This document shows, in pieces, positions 11,530-23,748 of a stretch of 64,000 nt of DNA. Origin of the DNA: Macrostomum lignano (taxonomy: Eukaryota); contig NIVC01002022.1 in assembly GCA_002269645.1 (NCBI GenBank), forward strand, positions 1-64,000, given 5' to 3'. The notes beneath the pieces are model-generated. The model searched no databases, was not told the DNA's origin, and was given only the letters and a program-made list of their open reading frames with translations. Each line of letters begins with the position of its first letter. The stretch's first letter is position 1. Position numbers and translations under genes: made by a program.

Positions 11530-12613
11530 AGCACTCTCAGCCCATTGACACTCTAAACCCTCCACTGGCACTCTAAACCCTCCATTGGCACTCTACACTC
11601 TCCATTGGCACTCTACACCCTCCATTGGCACTCTACACTCTCCATTGGCACTCTACACCCTCCATTGGCACTCTACACCCTCCATTGACACTCTACACCC
11701 TCCATTGGCACTCCGCACCCTCCCAACACTCTAAACCCTCCATTGGGACTCTACACTCTCCATTGACACTCTACACCCTCCATTGACACTCTACACCCTC
11801 CATTGACACTCTACACTCTCCATTGACACTCTACACCCTCCATTGGCACTCTACACTCTCCATTGGCACTCTACACCCTCCATTGGCACTCTACACCCTC
11901 CACTGACACTCTACACCCTCCATTGGCACTCTACACCCTCCATTGGCACTCTACACCCTCCATTGGCACTCTACACTCTCCATTGACACTCTACACCCTC
12001 CATTGGCACTCTACACTCTCCATTGACACTCTACACCCTCCATTGGCACTCTACACCCTCCATTGACGCTCTACACCCTCCATTGGCACTCTACACTCTC
12101 CATTGCACTCTACACTCTACACTCTCCATTGCACTCTACACCCTCCATTGGCACTCTACACCCTCCATTGGCACTCTACACCCTCCATTGCACTCTACAC
12201 TCTCCATTGACACTCTACACCCTCCATTGGCACTCTACACCCTCCATTGGCACTCTACACCCTCCATTGCACTCTACATCCTCCATTGGCACTCTACACT
12301 CTCCATTGACACTCTACACCCTCCATTGGCACTCTACACTCTCCATTGCACTCTACACCCTCCATTGGCACTCTACACTCTCCATTGGCACTCTACACTC
12401 TCCATTGACACTCTACACCCTCCATTGGCACTCTACACCCTCCATTGACGCTCTACACCCTCCATTGGCACTCTACACTCTCCATTGCACTCTACACACT
12501 ACACTCTCCATTGACACTCTACACTCTCCATTGGCACTCTACACCCTCCATTGACGCTCTACACCCTCCATTGACGCTCTACACCCTCCATTGACGCTCT
12601 ACACCCTCCACTA
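11530..12613 (+). repeat. 20-bp minisatellite (CTCTACACCCTCCATTGGCA)n in the Tudor-gene intron
   Basis: About 50 tandem copies. Explains the ALYTLHWHST ORFs. Confidence 0.96.
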
Positions 12614-12914
12614 GAACTTTGTTATTCATTGGTACAATGAAATGGAAGACTTTTAAAAACATTTTTTCTAGCACTATAGTTACGATTTTAACTTTTAATA
12701 TGTATGTAAAGCTCTTATGCGTGTTTCATTTGATGTTTACTTATTTATTTACAAGTTTAGAATTAGAAATTTTATTAAAAGTTTCATTAGTGGTAAAAGC
12801 ATCTTACATGCCCGCTGTACACCCTGTGGGAGCGCTTGAGTGTGCTCAGGGAGTCTGCGTAATAAGCAGAATTGCCGTCAGCTATGAGTGTCGCTTTTAT
12901 TCCTCCACCAACAG

Positions 12915-13249
12915 AAGAGACATTCAACGCCGCTCAGGCCCTTCACAATCTGGTGAACAAACGCGTTATGTACGCCTTCTGTCGGCGAGCAGTCAATCCT
13001 GCAAGCCCGACTGAACAGGTGGCCAATGAGAACGGTGTTTCTTTGGCAGCTAAACAATCGCAAACTATTATTTACCATTTGGATCTGTTCTTTGTACCAA
13101 CTGGTTGGTTCCAAACCGAGTGCCACTACAACGGAGTTGATGGTAAACTATTGAAGGCCGGTCTAGTGCATAATCGTCAGGATCATTTGGAGGTCATGCA
13201 CATTGGCGCGGTTCCGTGCGAGTACTGCGGCAATGGCAAGGAAAACTGA
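12915..13249 (+). CDS. Extended Tudor-domain protein, coding exon 2
   Basis: Acceptor ttttattcctccaccaacag|AA at 12914/12915 is in phase (G|AA=Glu), giving PKPEETFNAAQALHNLVNKRVMYAF...LLKAGLV, which fits the SN-like C-terminal half. Total 267 aa. An alternative in-frame acceptor exists at 12869. Confidence 0.7.
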
Positions 13250-13769
13250 TCGTCAATAATAACTTTGATATCAATTCTAGAAATTTTAGCTTAGACAGCA
13301 TCATTTTCTTGGCATATTCTTGCATTTTTACTGTCAGTAGTCTAGTTAGTAGTAGTTTCGTTTTGTTATTTTACTCAGAGAGTGCTTCTCTCTGGTATTT
13401 TGCACCGTTTAATCTCTTTCCAAAAGTTTTCATCAACGTATTCTTTCATTTCTACTTGCAGTAGTTTTTTTAGGTTTTGTAGTTTATCGCACAATTCTGG
13501 CGGCCGCGTTTAAAGTTGTGTGCGTTCTTGTATTTGCATTTGTTTAATTAAAAGAGTTTGGTTCTTTGTTTTTATTATATTTTCTCAATTGTTTGATCTA
13601 GTGCTGACTAAATAATGACTAAGTAATAAAACAGCATTTGTATTCAATCTTTCGTGTGTTTTAGAACTTTGTGAGCTGCATCAACTTAAAGTAGTAACTG
13701 CTAGAGAAGTTTTTCAGCTTTGCTGTTCATTCGATTAAATTTGATTTCAAGATCCGAGGCTCTTTAATT

Positions 13770-14390
13770 GTCTAGGCCAGCCTCCCAGATCCTCAGTTGC
13801 TGTTGCTGGGCCAGCCTCCCACAGTGTCAGTTGCTGGGTCAGCCTCCCAGATCCACAGTTGCTGGGCCAGCCTCCCAGATCCTCAGTTGCTGGGCCAGCC
13901 TCCCAGATCCTCATTTGCTGGGCCAGCTTCCCAGATCCTCATTTGCTGGGCCAGCTTCCCAGATCCCCAGTTGCTGGGCCAGCCTCCCAGATCCCCAGTT
14001 GCTGGGCCAGCCTCCCAGATCCTCATTTGCTGGGCCAGCTTCCCAGATCCTCATTTGCTGGGCCAGCTTCCCAGATCCCCAGTTGCTGGGCCAGCTTCCC
14101 AGATCCCCAGTTGCTGGGCCAGCCTCCCAGATCCTCATTTGCTGGGCCAGCTTCCCAGATCCTCATTTGCTGGGCCAGCTTCCCAGATCCCCAGTTGCTG
14201 GGCCAGCTTCCCAGATCCCCAGTTGCTGGGCCAGCCTCCCAGATCCTCAGTTGCTAGGCCAGCCTCCCAGATCCTCAGTTGCTGGGCCAGCCTCCCAGAT
14301 CCTCAGTTGCTGGGCCAGCCTCCCAGATCCTCAGTTGCTGGGCCAGCCTCCCAGATCCTCAGTTGCTGGGCCAGCCTCCTAGAAATCCTC
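13770..14390 (+). repeat. 28-bp minisatellite (GCTGGGCCAGCCTCCCAGATCCTCAGTT)n
   Basis: About 21 tandem copies. Explains the CWASLPDPQLLG ORFs. Confidence 0.96.
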
Positions 14391-14909
14391 ATTTCTTGAT
14401 AAGAAATTTCTGACAGTTGCTACAGCCTGTTCATTGTCGTGTCATCTGTTGAAGGTGCCGACAGCGTCGGGGTGACGACTGAATGTTTGAGAGACTAGCT
14501 GAGGATGTCTCGCAGTTGTGATTTGCCTAATGTCGAGGCTTGATCAGTGAAACTAGAAATTTGCAACAGCGTGTCAATAGTCACCTGGTGCCATCTGTTG
14601 AAGGTCCAGAAGCTCCGCTTGGGTGAAACCCAGGGACCAACGAAGATGCAGACACATGTGGTAGACGTGCTGATGAATTTTGGTCTTGGAGACTTTGGCA
14701 AGGCCGCACTGAAACGCAGTGCTGATTGGCGCACATGTGTACTGAATACACTAGCGCTTATATGGGAAAAATCCGACTTGGCAGAATCGTCGAATATCTC
14801 TTGTTTGAGAAGGTGTGCAAATAAAGTTAGTGAGTTCTTGGCGAGTTCATTCACCAACTCGATGTCCAGATCACTTTTGATCCTATTAAACATCCCTTAG
14901 CGCCCTTAC

Positions 14910-15278
14910 CAGTAGCGTAGCTAGGATTTTGAAAAGGGGGGATAACTGTAAGGGACAAAATTGTAGACTAATAAAATAGTTTTTTTGGCAATTTTTCTGC
15001 TAAAAATGCATTTAAAAAGTATCAAAACCATGCTTATTAGGCTAAAATCATAATAAAGCCGGCAGACGTCTGTCCTGACTATGGCATTTTAGGAACTAGG
15101 GATTCGTGGAAATATCGTTTAAAACATTTTAATAGTAATTTACGAGTGAAATAGGCCTATTTTGGTAGTTTTGGTAGGTCTAAGCCGCTTTATCTTGCAT
15201 TTTTTCAAATCTTTTTGTTTTCTATAAATCATCCAAATGGGGGGATATATCCCCGTATCCCCCCTAGCTACGCTACTG
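14910..15278. mobile_element. hAT-type MITE
   Basis: Perfect 16-bp TIR CAGTAGCGTAGCTAGG / CCTAGCTACGCTACTG. 8-bp TSD GCCCTTAC / GGCCTTAC (1 mismatch). Confidence 0.88.
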
Positions 15279-16118
15279 GGCCTTACTATCATAGTAGGAA
15301 TTTAAATGTCAAAAGTTACTTGATGTTAGCTTTATACAGCTGCTCAGCACATTTGGCTGATGGCCGGGATTTCGATTGAAAAATCAAGACATCTCAAATT
15401 AGCCAGGTCGTCGCACAAGGATCATTCGTCAGTGAAGCAGTGAATGCTCTGAATTCTCCGATTTACGTTACCACGCGGCAGATTGGTGTACTCGTACTTG
15501 AATTCCTTACTGTGTGATAATGAGCGGAGGGCGCTGGAAGTCCACCTCACTAAGGTTGAGATTAGTGTGGTTAAAGATAGCAACCGTTATAATCTATGTG
15601 GGGAATAAATGTCTTCTCAGGCATGAGAGTTACTAATAAATTTATCACAGATAAGGCGCATATGGCATCCTTCACGCAGAGGCATGTTTAGAATTACCCC
15701 CCCCCCTCCCTTCTCCTGAAGAGTCCTCTTTGTCTCTGTATGACCAATGCGGTCCGCAGTCCCAGCAGTGTCCCTGTTCAGTCCGGCTGCCATTTTCCTA
15801 GACTGAAATCCGATCCTTCAAAACAGCTGGTTTGGCTCAGGACATGCAGTTGCAATCGTCACATCTTTGCTACTATGGGGCTGATCATCCTCATCAGCTA
15901 CTAAGCTATTCATTCTGGATGCGTATTTCCGGAGTAGCGAAAACATTCCACGGCTTAAAAATCAGAAAAAAAGAATTATTTTTGATTGCCGATTAACTTA
16001 ATTAGCGAAACTCTTAGGCGATTCGCTTGGACGAGACGAGTGGCATCGGTTCTTTAAACGAGAGATAAGGCGGTAGAATTCAGTATTGCACAGTTAGCAG
16101 CTATGCAATAGCTACGTC

Positions 16119-16823
16119 TCAGTACTTCTTGACGAACTTGGCCCAGCTCGGGTCGGTCTCGATGGCGTCGCCGACGCTCGAGTCAGCGAAGTCCAGCATG
16201 CGGCAGGCGCCGCTGGCCCGGTTGAACAGGACGGCCCGGCACTCCCAGCGCTGCACGCAGAGCCACAGGCAGTGAAGCTCCGAGCTCACCGAGGCGTCAG
16301 TGTAGCAGTAGACAGGACTGATGTTGCCCAGCCTCAGGAACTCCGCTCGTCGAAGGTATTCGCTGTTCGGCGTCGCGATTGGCTGGCAGACGAATGTTTT
16401 GTCCCAATTCGCGGGTCTGTCTCTCAAGCCGGTAATGCTGACCACTACAAAGTCATCGTCTTCCGAAAGGCGGTTCGGCAAGCCAGACTTCCAGTCGCTG
16501 TCATCCAAAGTCGGAAACAGCGAGCCGTTGGCAAATCTCCAGCCGCTGCGAGACGTGCCCGCCTCAACCAGGAGGTCCGTCACTCCGATGAAATAAGTAT
16601 CATTCCAGTGATTGACGGCTCGGATGGCAGTCAGGTCCATCAGCAGCTCTCCGCCGATGCCCAGGCACAGTCTGGCTGCGTCGCACCAGCTGGAAATGCT
16701 GGTGTTGTTGCCGATGAAGACGCAGCTGCCCAGCCTGTCGATGAACGGAGCGACGCAGGCGGCAGAGGCGATGGCTGCCAGCCCCGCAAACAGCGTCAGC
16801 TTGAGCAGCTGCTTCGGTGGCAT
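16119..16823 (-). CDS. Secreted C-type lectin-like + PAN/Apple domain protein, copy 1 (234 aa)
   Basis: Signal peptide, then CTLD pattern (C..PF...GSC, SW.DA.R.C..IGGEL, YFIG.TD, W.SGLPN, FVC), then PAN-like C-x3-C..C..V.FN...G.C. Intact single exon. Confidence 0.9.
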   Translation of the reverse strand: MPPKQLLKLTLFAGLAAIASAACVAPFIDRLGSCVFIGNNTSISSWCDAARLCLGIGGELLMDLTAIRAVNHWNDTYFIGVTDLLVEAGTSRSGWRFANGSLFPTLDDSDWKSGLPNRLSEDDDFVVVSITGLRDRPANWDKTFVCQPIATPNSEYLRRAEFLRLGNISPVYCYTDASVSSELHCLWLCVQRWECRAVLFNRASGACRMLDFADSSVGDAIETDPSWAKFVKKY

Positions 16824-16949
16824 CAGCGATTCTCAAATCGGTCAGTTTGGAGCAGCTTGATTTGTGAGCAATTTGAAATTTTCTTGGTTGCAAACTAGTG
16901 GTATTTCTGCAAAATTTGAGGTTAAATCTACAGTCAGTCTGTACGCTCG

Positions 16950-17000
16950 CATTTATAGAGAGCTGCAGCCAATGACTCGTAGCCAACCAATCGTCCAGTG
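16950..17000 (-). promoter_or_regulatory. Conserved TATA + CCAAT promoter of the lectin genes (shown for copy 1)
   Basis: CTATAAATGC on the minus strand about 90-140 nt upstream of each ATG (TATAAA at + coordinates 16952, 27497, 36162, 39698, 55440; TATGAA at 49644). Adjacent GCCAAT...GCCAACCAA motifs are kept in all six units. Confidence 0.65.
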
Positions 17001-17167
17001 CAGCAGCGCTGACTTCTTGGACTGGCTTTGAAAGGCGCCCAATAGGTTTCACAGCATTTTTGCCTCGACACGTAGCTGCTAAACAAGTAAAGAAGTTAAT
17101 TTTTTAATTAACTGACTAAAGAGGTTTGTAGGAGACTATTAAAATAAAATTAATTTAAAAAATATCG

Positions 17168-17340
17168 CAGAGTGGGGCCGTATAGTCTATCGCTGCAATC
17201 TGATGAGCCAGCGGCCCAGGCTCGATTCCAACTGCAGTCGCATTAATTTGGGGCTGAATTGGAATCTCGGCTTTGCAACTCGATCGCTCGAACGTACTGG
17301 GTCTGGGTGGTGGTTTTCCATGTTGCTGAGTAAAAATAAA
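17168..17340 (+). mobile_element. tRNA-derived SINE upstream of lectin copy 1
   Basis: GGGGCCGTATAGTCTATCGC...GGCTCGATTCC head. Homologous copies at about 27718 and 49893. Confidence 0.6.
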
Positions 17341-18269
17341 CGATAAAGTTGAGTACTCTTCGCACTTTTGCAGTTCCGGCGAACCCAACCTGTTGAGTAG
17401 TTGAGTCTAGACTCATTCAAAGAGCCCTTGATGAGACATTCCATGCATATTAATGCAGTTCGGGAATCATTACTAATGCACATACTTAGCGAAATTGTAT
17501 ATTGCCGCAAAGTGACCCACCCAATAAGCGCGTTTAAATAACATGTAAAACTGTGAATTGGTAAGTAAAAAATACACCCAGCAACAGTTAACCCTTCCCC
17601 GAAATCATGTGCAGGGACCACTAGCAAGTAAAAGGGTTGCCACTCGTCAGCACCCCACTGAACTCTTCGCTTTCCGAAGTCCCAGATATGCTCGGTGGGG
17701 TTCCTGTCTTGCTATGTCTGGAGTTAAGCTGCTGCTGGGTATAAAACCTTCACTGGCTGACTCAAGAAACGAGAGAGAGAGTTTCTCTAAGGCGTCAATC
17801 GTCAGTCCTAAAACTGCGTGGATTAGATGAAAATGCGCTTGACAAGAAAATATCTGTCTTTTGCCACAATATGGGAACTTTCTCAGTCGGTTTCAATTGA
17901 TTGGCATTTAATAAGATAAGAAAGCTGACGAAACAATTGAGAGAATAAAAAATTGTTGGCAAATAGCAGCGAGTTAAGTCAATCGATCGCACAGTCTTTG
18001 TCTTCTTGATTTTGTCTCGATCAAGTCTACTGACAGTCGTGTCAACATTGACATATTGAAAGCAGCTCCTCTGAGTCTGACAAGAGGAAAACCTCTCTGC
18101 TTGCTTTGCTAAAACAATGCGATATGCTTCCCAGACTCTTATTCAGCCTCATGTGTCAGAGCCGTTCAAATTTGACTTTTTCGACAAGACTTGTCAGTTT
18201 TGTGACTTCGACGCTTTGTTACCTTAGCTTTAGCCACGACTAACCTACCTTTCCTATGTGTCCTTCAAA

Positions 18270-18635
18270 CAGGGGCGTCGCAATGGATTTTATGATGGGG
18301 GACGAAGCCAAAAATTCTACATTACTAAATTCCTACATTATTTTTGGAATGGGTGTTGTTAGCACTCATTTTGGCGCCGCTAACAGGCACTCGTTTTGGA
18401 ACCGCAGGCACTCATTTTGGCGCCGCAGGCACTCATTTTGGCGCTGCAGGCACTCATTTTGGCGCTACAGGCACTTATTTTGGCGCTGCAGGCACTTATT
18501 TTGGCGCTGCAGGCACTCATTTTAGCGCTGCAGGCACTCATTTTGGCGCTGCAGGCACTCATTTTGGCGCCACAGGCAGTCATTTTAGCCCCGAAGCGCT
18601 ATATTTTGTCGGTCTGAAGCAAAATTATTGATTCA
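18270..18635 (+). mobile_element. hAT-like MITE 5' part with expanded 21-bp array (GGCACTCATTTTGGCGCTGCA)n
   Basis: Starts CAGGGGCGTCGCAATGGATTTTATGATGGGG like the complete copy at 31793. About 10 internal 21-mers at 18362-18590. 3' end missing. Confidence 0.75.
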
Positions 18636-18816
18636 TATATCGAGTGGTAATTTGCAACGATTGCCAGCCGCTATCTGCCTAGGTACGTCACGATTTACAA
18701 GTGCTTATCCAGTTTGTGTGATGAATTTGCAACGCTTAGAAAGTAAATCAACAGGGGTATTACCTTTGATTTACCTTTTTTCAAAGGTAATACCCCTTGA
18801 ATTACCTTGACATGCA

Positions 18817-21800
18817 TGCAGATCTTTCAAGAAGTAACTGAGTTCTTGTACTTAGGATTATACTGATGTGTTCCTTATTACCAGTCCTCGACTGTAATCA
18901 AGGAACAATCACTTCTAGCTCTGTAGCTACTCAACCCAGTAAGTCAACTACAGGTACTCAAATACCTTAAATCCGGTTGAGCTGTTCTCTTCCTCGAGTA
19001 GTTCTCGCAATAGGTCTCTCAGTGGATCCGTAGGTCTCGCTTTTCTTCCGGAAGACTCTGTTGCTCTGGTCCGATTTCTTCTTTGTGTCTCGCCGCCCGG
19101 TATCTGTCTTTCGGACCAATGGGAAGCTTCCAATTACAATGGGTACCCTGCGCCAACTGCGGTTCAATATAAGCCTCCTTCTTCTAGCAGTGCCTCTATG
19201 CACTCTAGGTATAGCTCCGTTATTCTCTAGCAGATCTTCTAAGATCTACTAGGGTAGTCCTTCGGGCAACTACAGCCAATGGAGTCTCAAATGGACTCAA
19301 GAGTATCAACAGACTCAACACTATATCACAAGTGAGTCGACTCAACCACAACGGGCGCAAATAAGGAAGGCTTACCGCAAGTCACTCGACTAAGTCTCGA
19401 GTAGATCTAGGAAGTCTTGGCTAAAGCTTCCTCTTCGGAGCTCCTTCTCCTTCCGGAGACCGGTTTCTTGGCTCCGGGTCCGCTTCGGACCACTTGTATT
19501 TATAGACGACGAGGCCAACTCCTCCGTTGGCGGAGTAAGGGGATAGAACTCCCATCGCCAGAATTTCATTCCCTGAAATCCATCAGCTAAATCCAATGAC
19601 ACGAATCCCATCGTCCAAATCCTCTCCAAATCCTCTATTAACCTCCAAAAAACCATGTTGTTTTACCTGTTAGCAAAAATTGACTGCCTGCCATTGTCCA
19701 GACTGAGACTCTCGTCTGTCCCTCTCTCCTCTTTGCTCTCTCATCTCTAATCTCTCCTATCTCCTCTCATCTCTCATCTCTACTCTCTTATCTCTCCTTT
19801 CTGCGTTCTCATATCTACTCTCTTCTTTCTCCTCACTACTTTCTCCTCTCTACTTTTTCGTCTCTCCTCTTTTATCTCTTCTCTCTCCTCTCCTTTATCT
19901 CCTCTCTGCTCTCTAATCTCTCTACTTTCTCCCCTCTCCTTTCTCCCTTATCCTCTCGCTTCTCTCTCCTCTCTCTCCCCTCATCTCTACTCATTTATCT
20001 CTTCTCTCTCGTCTTTTGGCTCTACTCCCTCCTGTCTCCTTTTTCTCCTCTCTTACCCCTTCTCCTCTCTCCTCTCAATTTCCTCATCTCTTCTCTCGCC
20101 TTTATTCTCTTTTTCTTTTCTCTAATTTGTCCCTTTTGATTCTCTCTTTTCATGTTCTCTTTCATCTAATCTTTTATCTACTCTTTCCTTTTCTCTTTTC
20201 TCTATTCCCTTTCATGTAGCCATTTCATCCTCTCCATAAAACAGATATCATCAAAATCATTTTCGTTAAATGCAATCCAGTGTGTATCATCTCCTTCAAG
20301 CTACAATCCATCAATTTAAAAAATATTATCTCTATCAAATTTCAGTCACTCAAGACTATGAAACTGAAGTCTATAAAAATATGCTTTTTACTTATCTAGG
20401 TATACGTCAAAAAAATTAAAAAATCCTCCATAAAATCTCTGAAATATCATAGCATGTTTTCCCTGTTTGCAAAAATTGACTGCCATCGTCCAGACTGAGA
20501 CTCTCTCCTGTCTCCTCTCTCCTCTTTGCTCCTTTATCTAATCTCTTCTCTCTGCTCTTATCTCCTCTCTCATCTCTACTCTTACTTTCTTATCAATCAC
20601 CTCCCATCTCTCATCTCTCCTCTCTGCGCTCTTATCTCTATTTTCTCATCTCTATTCTGCAGGGCTGTCCCGGAGGGGACACAGCGGGAAGGCGCGGGCG
20701 CCCATTCCGCTACTCATCTCTATTCTCTCATCTTTCGCCTTTGCTCTCTCATTTCTTTTCTCATCTCTCTCCTGAGTCCTCTCTCCTTTCTCTTCTCGCT
20801 TCTCTCTCTCCCGTCTTCTCTCTTATCTCTTCTCTCCTGTCTTCTCTCAATTCTCTCTTATCTCTCCTCTTCTCTCCCATCTCTCATCTCTACTCGCTTA
20901 TCTATCGCCTCTCCTTTAACCCTGCCCTCTCTCTCTCTTCTCTTTTCTCTTTCGTCTCTCCTCTGCTCTCATTTCTCATACTCCTATTTTCTCTCTTACC
21001 CTCTCCTTTTTCATCTCTCATCTTTCCCCTCTCCTCTCTACCGTCTCCTGTCTCATCTCTCTTCTCTCTTCTCTCTCCTCTGTACTCTCTTATCCCTCTC
21101 TGCTCCCATCTTTCATCCCTCCTTTGCTCTCTCATTTTTCCTCTCTCCCCTCCTTTCTTCCCTCTACATTCTCTTCTCTTCGCTCTCCCTCTATCATTCC
21201 CGCCTCACTCCACTCTTCTCTCCCCTCTGTCGTCGATTCGTCTTTAATCTCTCAGCTCTCATATCTACTGTCTTTTCTATCATCTTTCTATCCTCTCTTC
21301 TCCTTGAAATCTCTGTTCTCTCTACTCTCTACCCCCCAACTACAATCTTGGCAGAAAGTTTAAAAGTATGGAAATCGTTTTTTCAATGCTGTGCTTTTTG
21401 TTTTCATATTTAAAGCAAATACCTTATATCCCCAAACTCAGCGTTGCAAGATCTTTCCAGCAATATAATTCTCTCCTCTCAAAGCTTAAAACTCAAGAAA
21501 CAGTTAGCGTTTGAACTTCCTGATTTAAAGCATTGAAGTATCGAGTGTACATTCACTGCCTGCTACAGTAAGAGGCTCGCAAGTTTATTCATTGAATTTC
21601 ACTGCTCAGCTAATACACAGGACTGCCTTTTGAAAGACGCCGATAATAAAACCAATTGAATCTCGACACAGTCCTTATCTATCTGTTTACACAGTACATT
21701 GCTATGTACACTCAGCCCAAACCAACCCCCCCCCTATTCCGGGGGAATCATTAAATTTTACTGCACCCCCAACACGCGGGGGTTTTATTAGCATTGAACC

Positions 21801-23748
21801 CAGAACACGCGGCGTCACCCACCCCTCCAAAACACAGCGACCCGCGGGAGGAGGTTGGGTTGGTTGTTTTTACAATTATGCCACTACCCCTCCGCCTCCA
21901 CTGGAGAGGCAATGTGGCCAAAGAAGGTTAAGAAAACAGTTTTCTGCTTTTTTAACAGACTTAATTTTGAAAATTTCAACATTAAAATAGCCTATTTGTT
22001 GCGTAGGAAAATTCTGCATTGATATATATAAGTCCCGCATTTGAGTTGCCAGCCGTTTAGGAGATGATACGCGTTAAACCCGGCCGGTCGATCGATCCAC
22101 TCAGCTTTAGATATAACGAGGCCAACTCCTCCGTTGGCGGAGTAAGGGGATAGAACTCCCATCGCCAGAATTTCATTCCCTGAAATCCATCAGCTGAATC
22201 CAATGACACGAATCTCATCGTCCAAATCCTCTCCAAATCCTCTATTAACCTCCCAAAAACCATGTTGTTTTACCTGTTTGCAAAAATTGACTGCCTGCCA
22301 TCGTCCAGACTGAGAATCTCTCCTGTCTCCTCTCTCCTCTTTGCTCCTTTATCTAATCTCTTCTCTCTGCTCTCATTTCTCATACTCCTATTTTCTCTCT
22401 TACCCTCTCCTTTTTCATCTCTCATTCTTCCCCTCTCCTCTCTACCGTCTCCTGTCTTATCTCTCCTCTCTCTTCTCTCTCCTCTGTACTCTCTTATCCC
22501 TCCTCTCTCCTCCTATCTTTTTTTCTCCCTCCTTTGCTCTCTCATTTTTCCTCTCTCCCCTCCTTTCTTCCCTCTACATTCTCTTCGCTCTCCCTCTTCA
22601 TCATTCCCGCCTCACTCCCCTCTTCTCTCCCCTCTGTCGTCTTTAATCTCTCATCTCTCATATCTACTGTCTTTTCTATCATCTTTCTATCCTCTCTTCT
22701 CTCTACTCTCTTATCTGACGGACTGAAAGCGCCGATAATCAAGCCAATTGAAATTTGTCACCCGCCTCCTCCATTACTGAAATTACTCAAATGAAAGCTG
22801 GCTTGAATTTGTGTACGCAACCCCCGCCGCCCAACTACAATCTTGGCAGAAAGTTTAAAAGTATGGAAATCGTTTTTTCAATGCTGTGCTTTTTGTTTTC
22901 ATATTTAAAGCAAATAACTTACATCCCCGAATTCAGCGTTGCAAGATCCTTCCAGCAATATAAGTCTCTTCTCTCAAAGTTTAAAATTCGAGGAACATTT
23001 AACGTTTGAACTTCCCGATGTAAAGCATTAAGTATCGCGTGTACATACACCTGCCTTCTGTTTATTCATTGAATTTCACTGTCCAGCTAATACACAGGGC
23101 TGCCTTTTAAAAGGCGCCGGTAATAAAACCAATTGAATCTCTCTGTTTACAATGTACTTTGCTATGTACACTCAGCCCAAACCCTCCCCCCCCCTATTCC
23201 TGGGGAATCATTAAATTTTACTGCACCCCCACCCCAACACGCGGTTTTATTAGCATTGAACCCAGAACACGCATCACCCACCCCTCCAAAACACAGCGAC
23301 CCGCGGAAGGAGGTTGGGGTGGTTGTTTTTACAACTATGCCACTGGAGAGGCAAAGTGGCCAAAGAAGGTTAAGAAAACAGTTTTCTGCTTTTTTAACAG
23401 ACTTAACTTTTAAATTTTCAACATTAAAATAGCCTATTTGTTGCGTAGGAAAATTATACATTGATATATATAAGTCTCGCATTTGAGTTGGCAGCCGTCT
23501 AGGAGGAGATACGCGTTAAACCCGGCCGGTCGATCGATCCACTCAGCTTTAGATATAAGAAGAAAGAGAAGAAAGAGAGAGAGATTTCGTAGGCCAAAAA
23601 TAGTAGCATGACTCATGTGCTAAAATAGCAACGTGATTCATCTGCTATAAATAGTAGCATGATTCATCTGCTAAAAATAGTAACATGAATCATCCTTAAA
23701 GTTAAGGTGCGCATGCGTGCACTTACTTACTTATAGTAGCATTCTACA
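18817..23748 (-). mobile_element. Solo-LTR-like element with internal tandem duplication and purine/pyrimidine-biased tracts
   Basis: Termini TGTAGA...TCTGCA on the minus strand. CTATAAATA near 19500. Segment about 19510-22115 is repeated in shorter form at about 22115-23555. No TSD found. Confidence 0.45.

Noticed and set aside
9341-14399. Long repetitive ORFs (RSPMEFST, ALYTLHWHST, CWASLPDPQ), and likewise FSEVSALG, VAMCPVIGLQ and GCLLSG later in the window
   Set aside because: Translations of minisatellites, open in several frames at once.
16380-16480. DGR-like (adenine-mutagenesis) diversification of the lectin loop
   Set aside because: The C-lectin fold and loop position recall DGR targets, but there is no invariant template repeat and no intact RT in the window. 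Variation includes C/T and G/C changes and an indel. Paralogue divergence plus conversion explains it.
16272-16898. 208-aa plus-strand ORF and equivalents opposite copies 2-6
   Set aside because: Antisense shadows of the GC-rich lectin CDS, with variable lengths and no recognisable domain.
17195-17235. CTGATGAG as a hammerhead ribozyme core
   Set aside because: Falls in the tRNA-like SINE head, is CTGATGTG in the sister copy, and no matching GAAA/stem architecture was found.
20016-22794. Leu/Ser-rich membrane-protein-like ORFs
   Set aside because: Artefacts of CT-rich low-complexity tracts within the duplicated LTR-like element.
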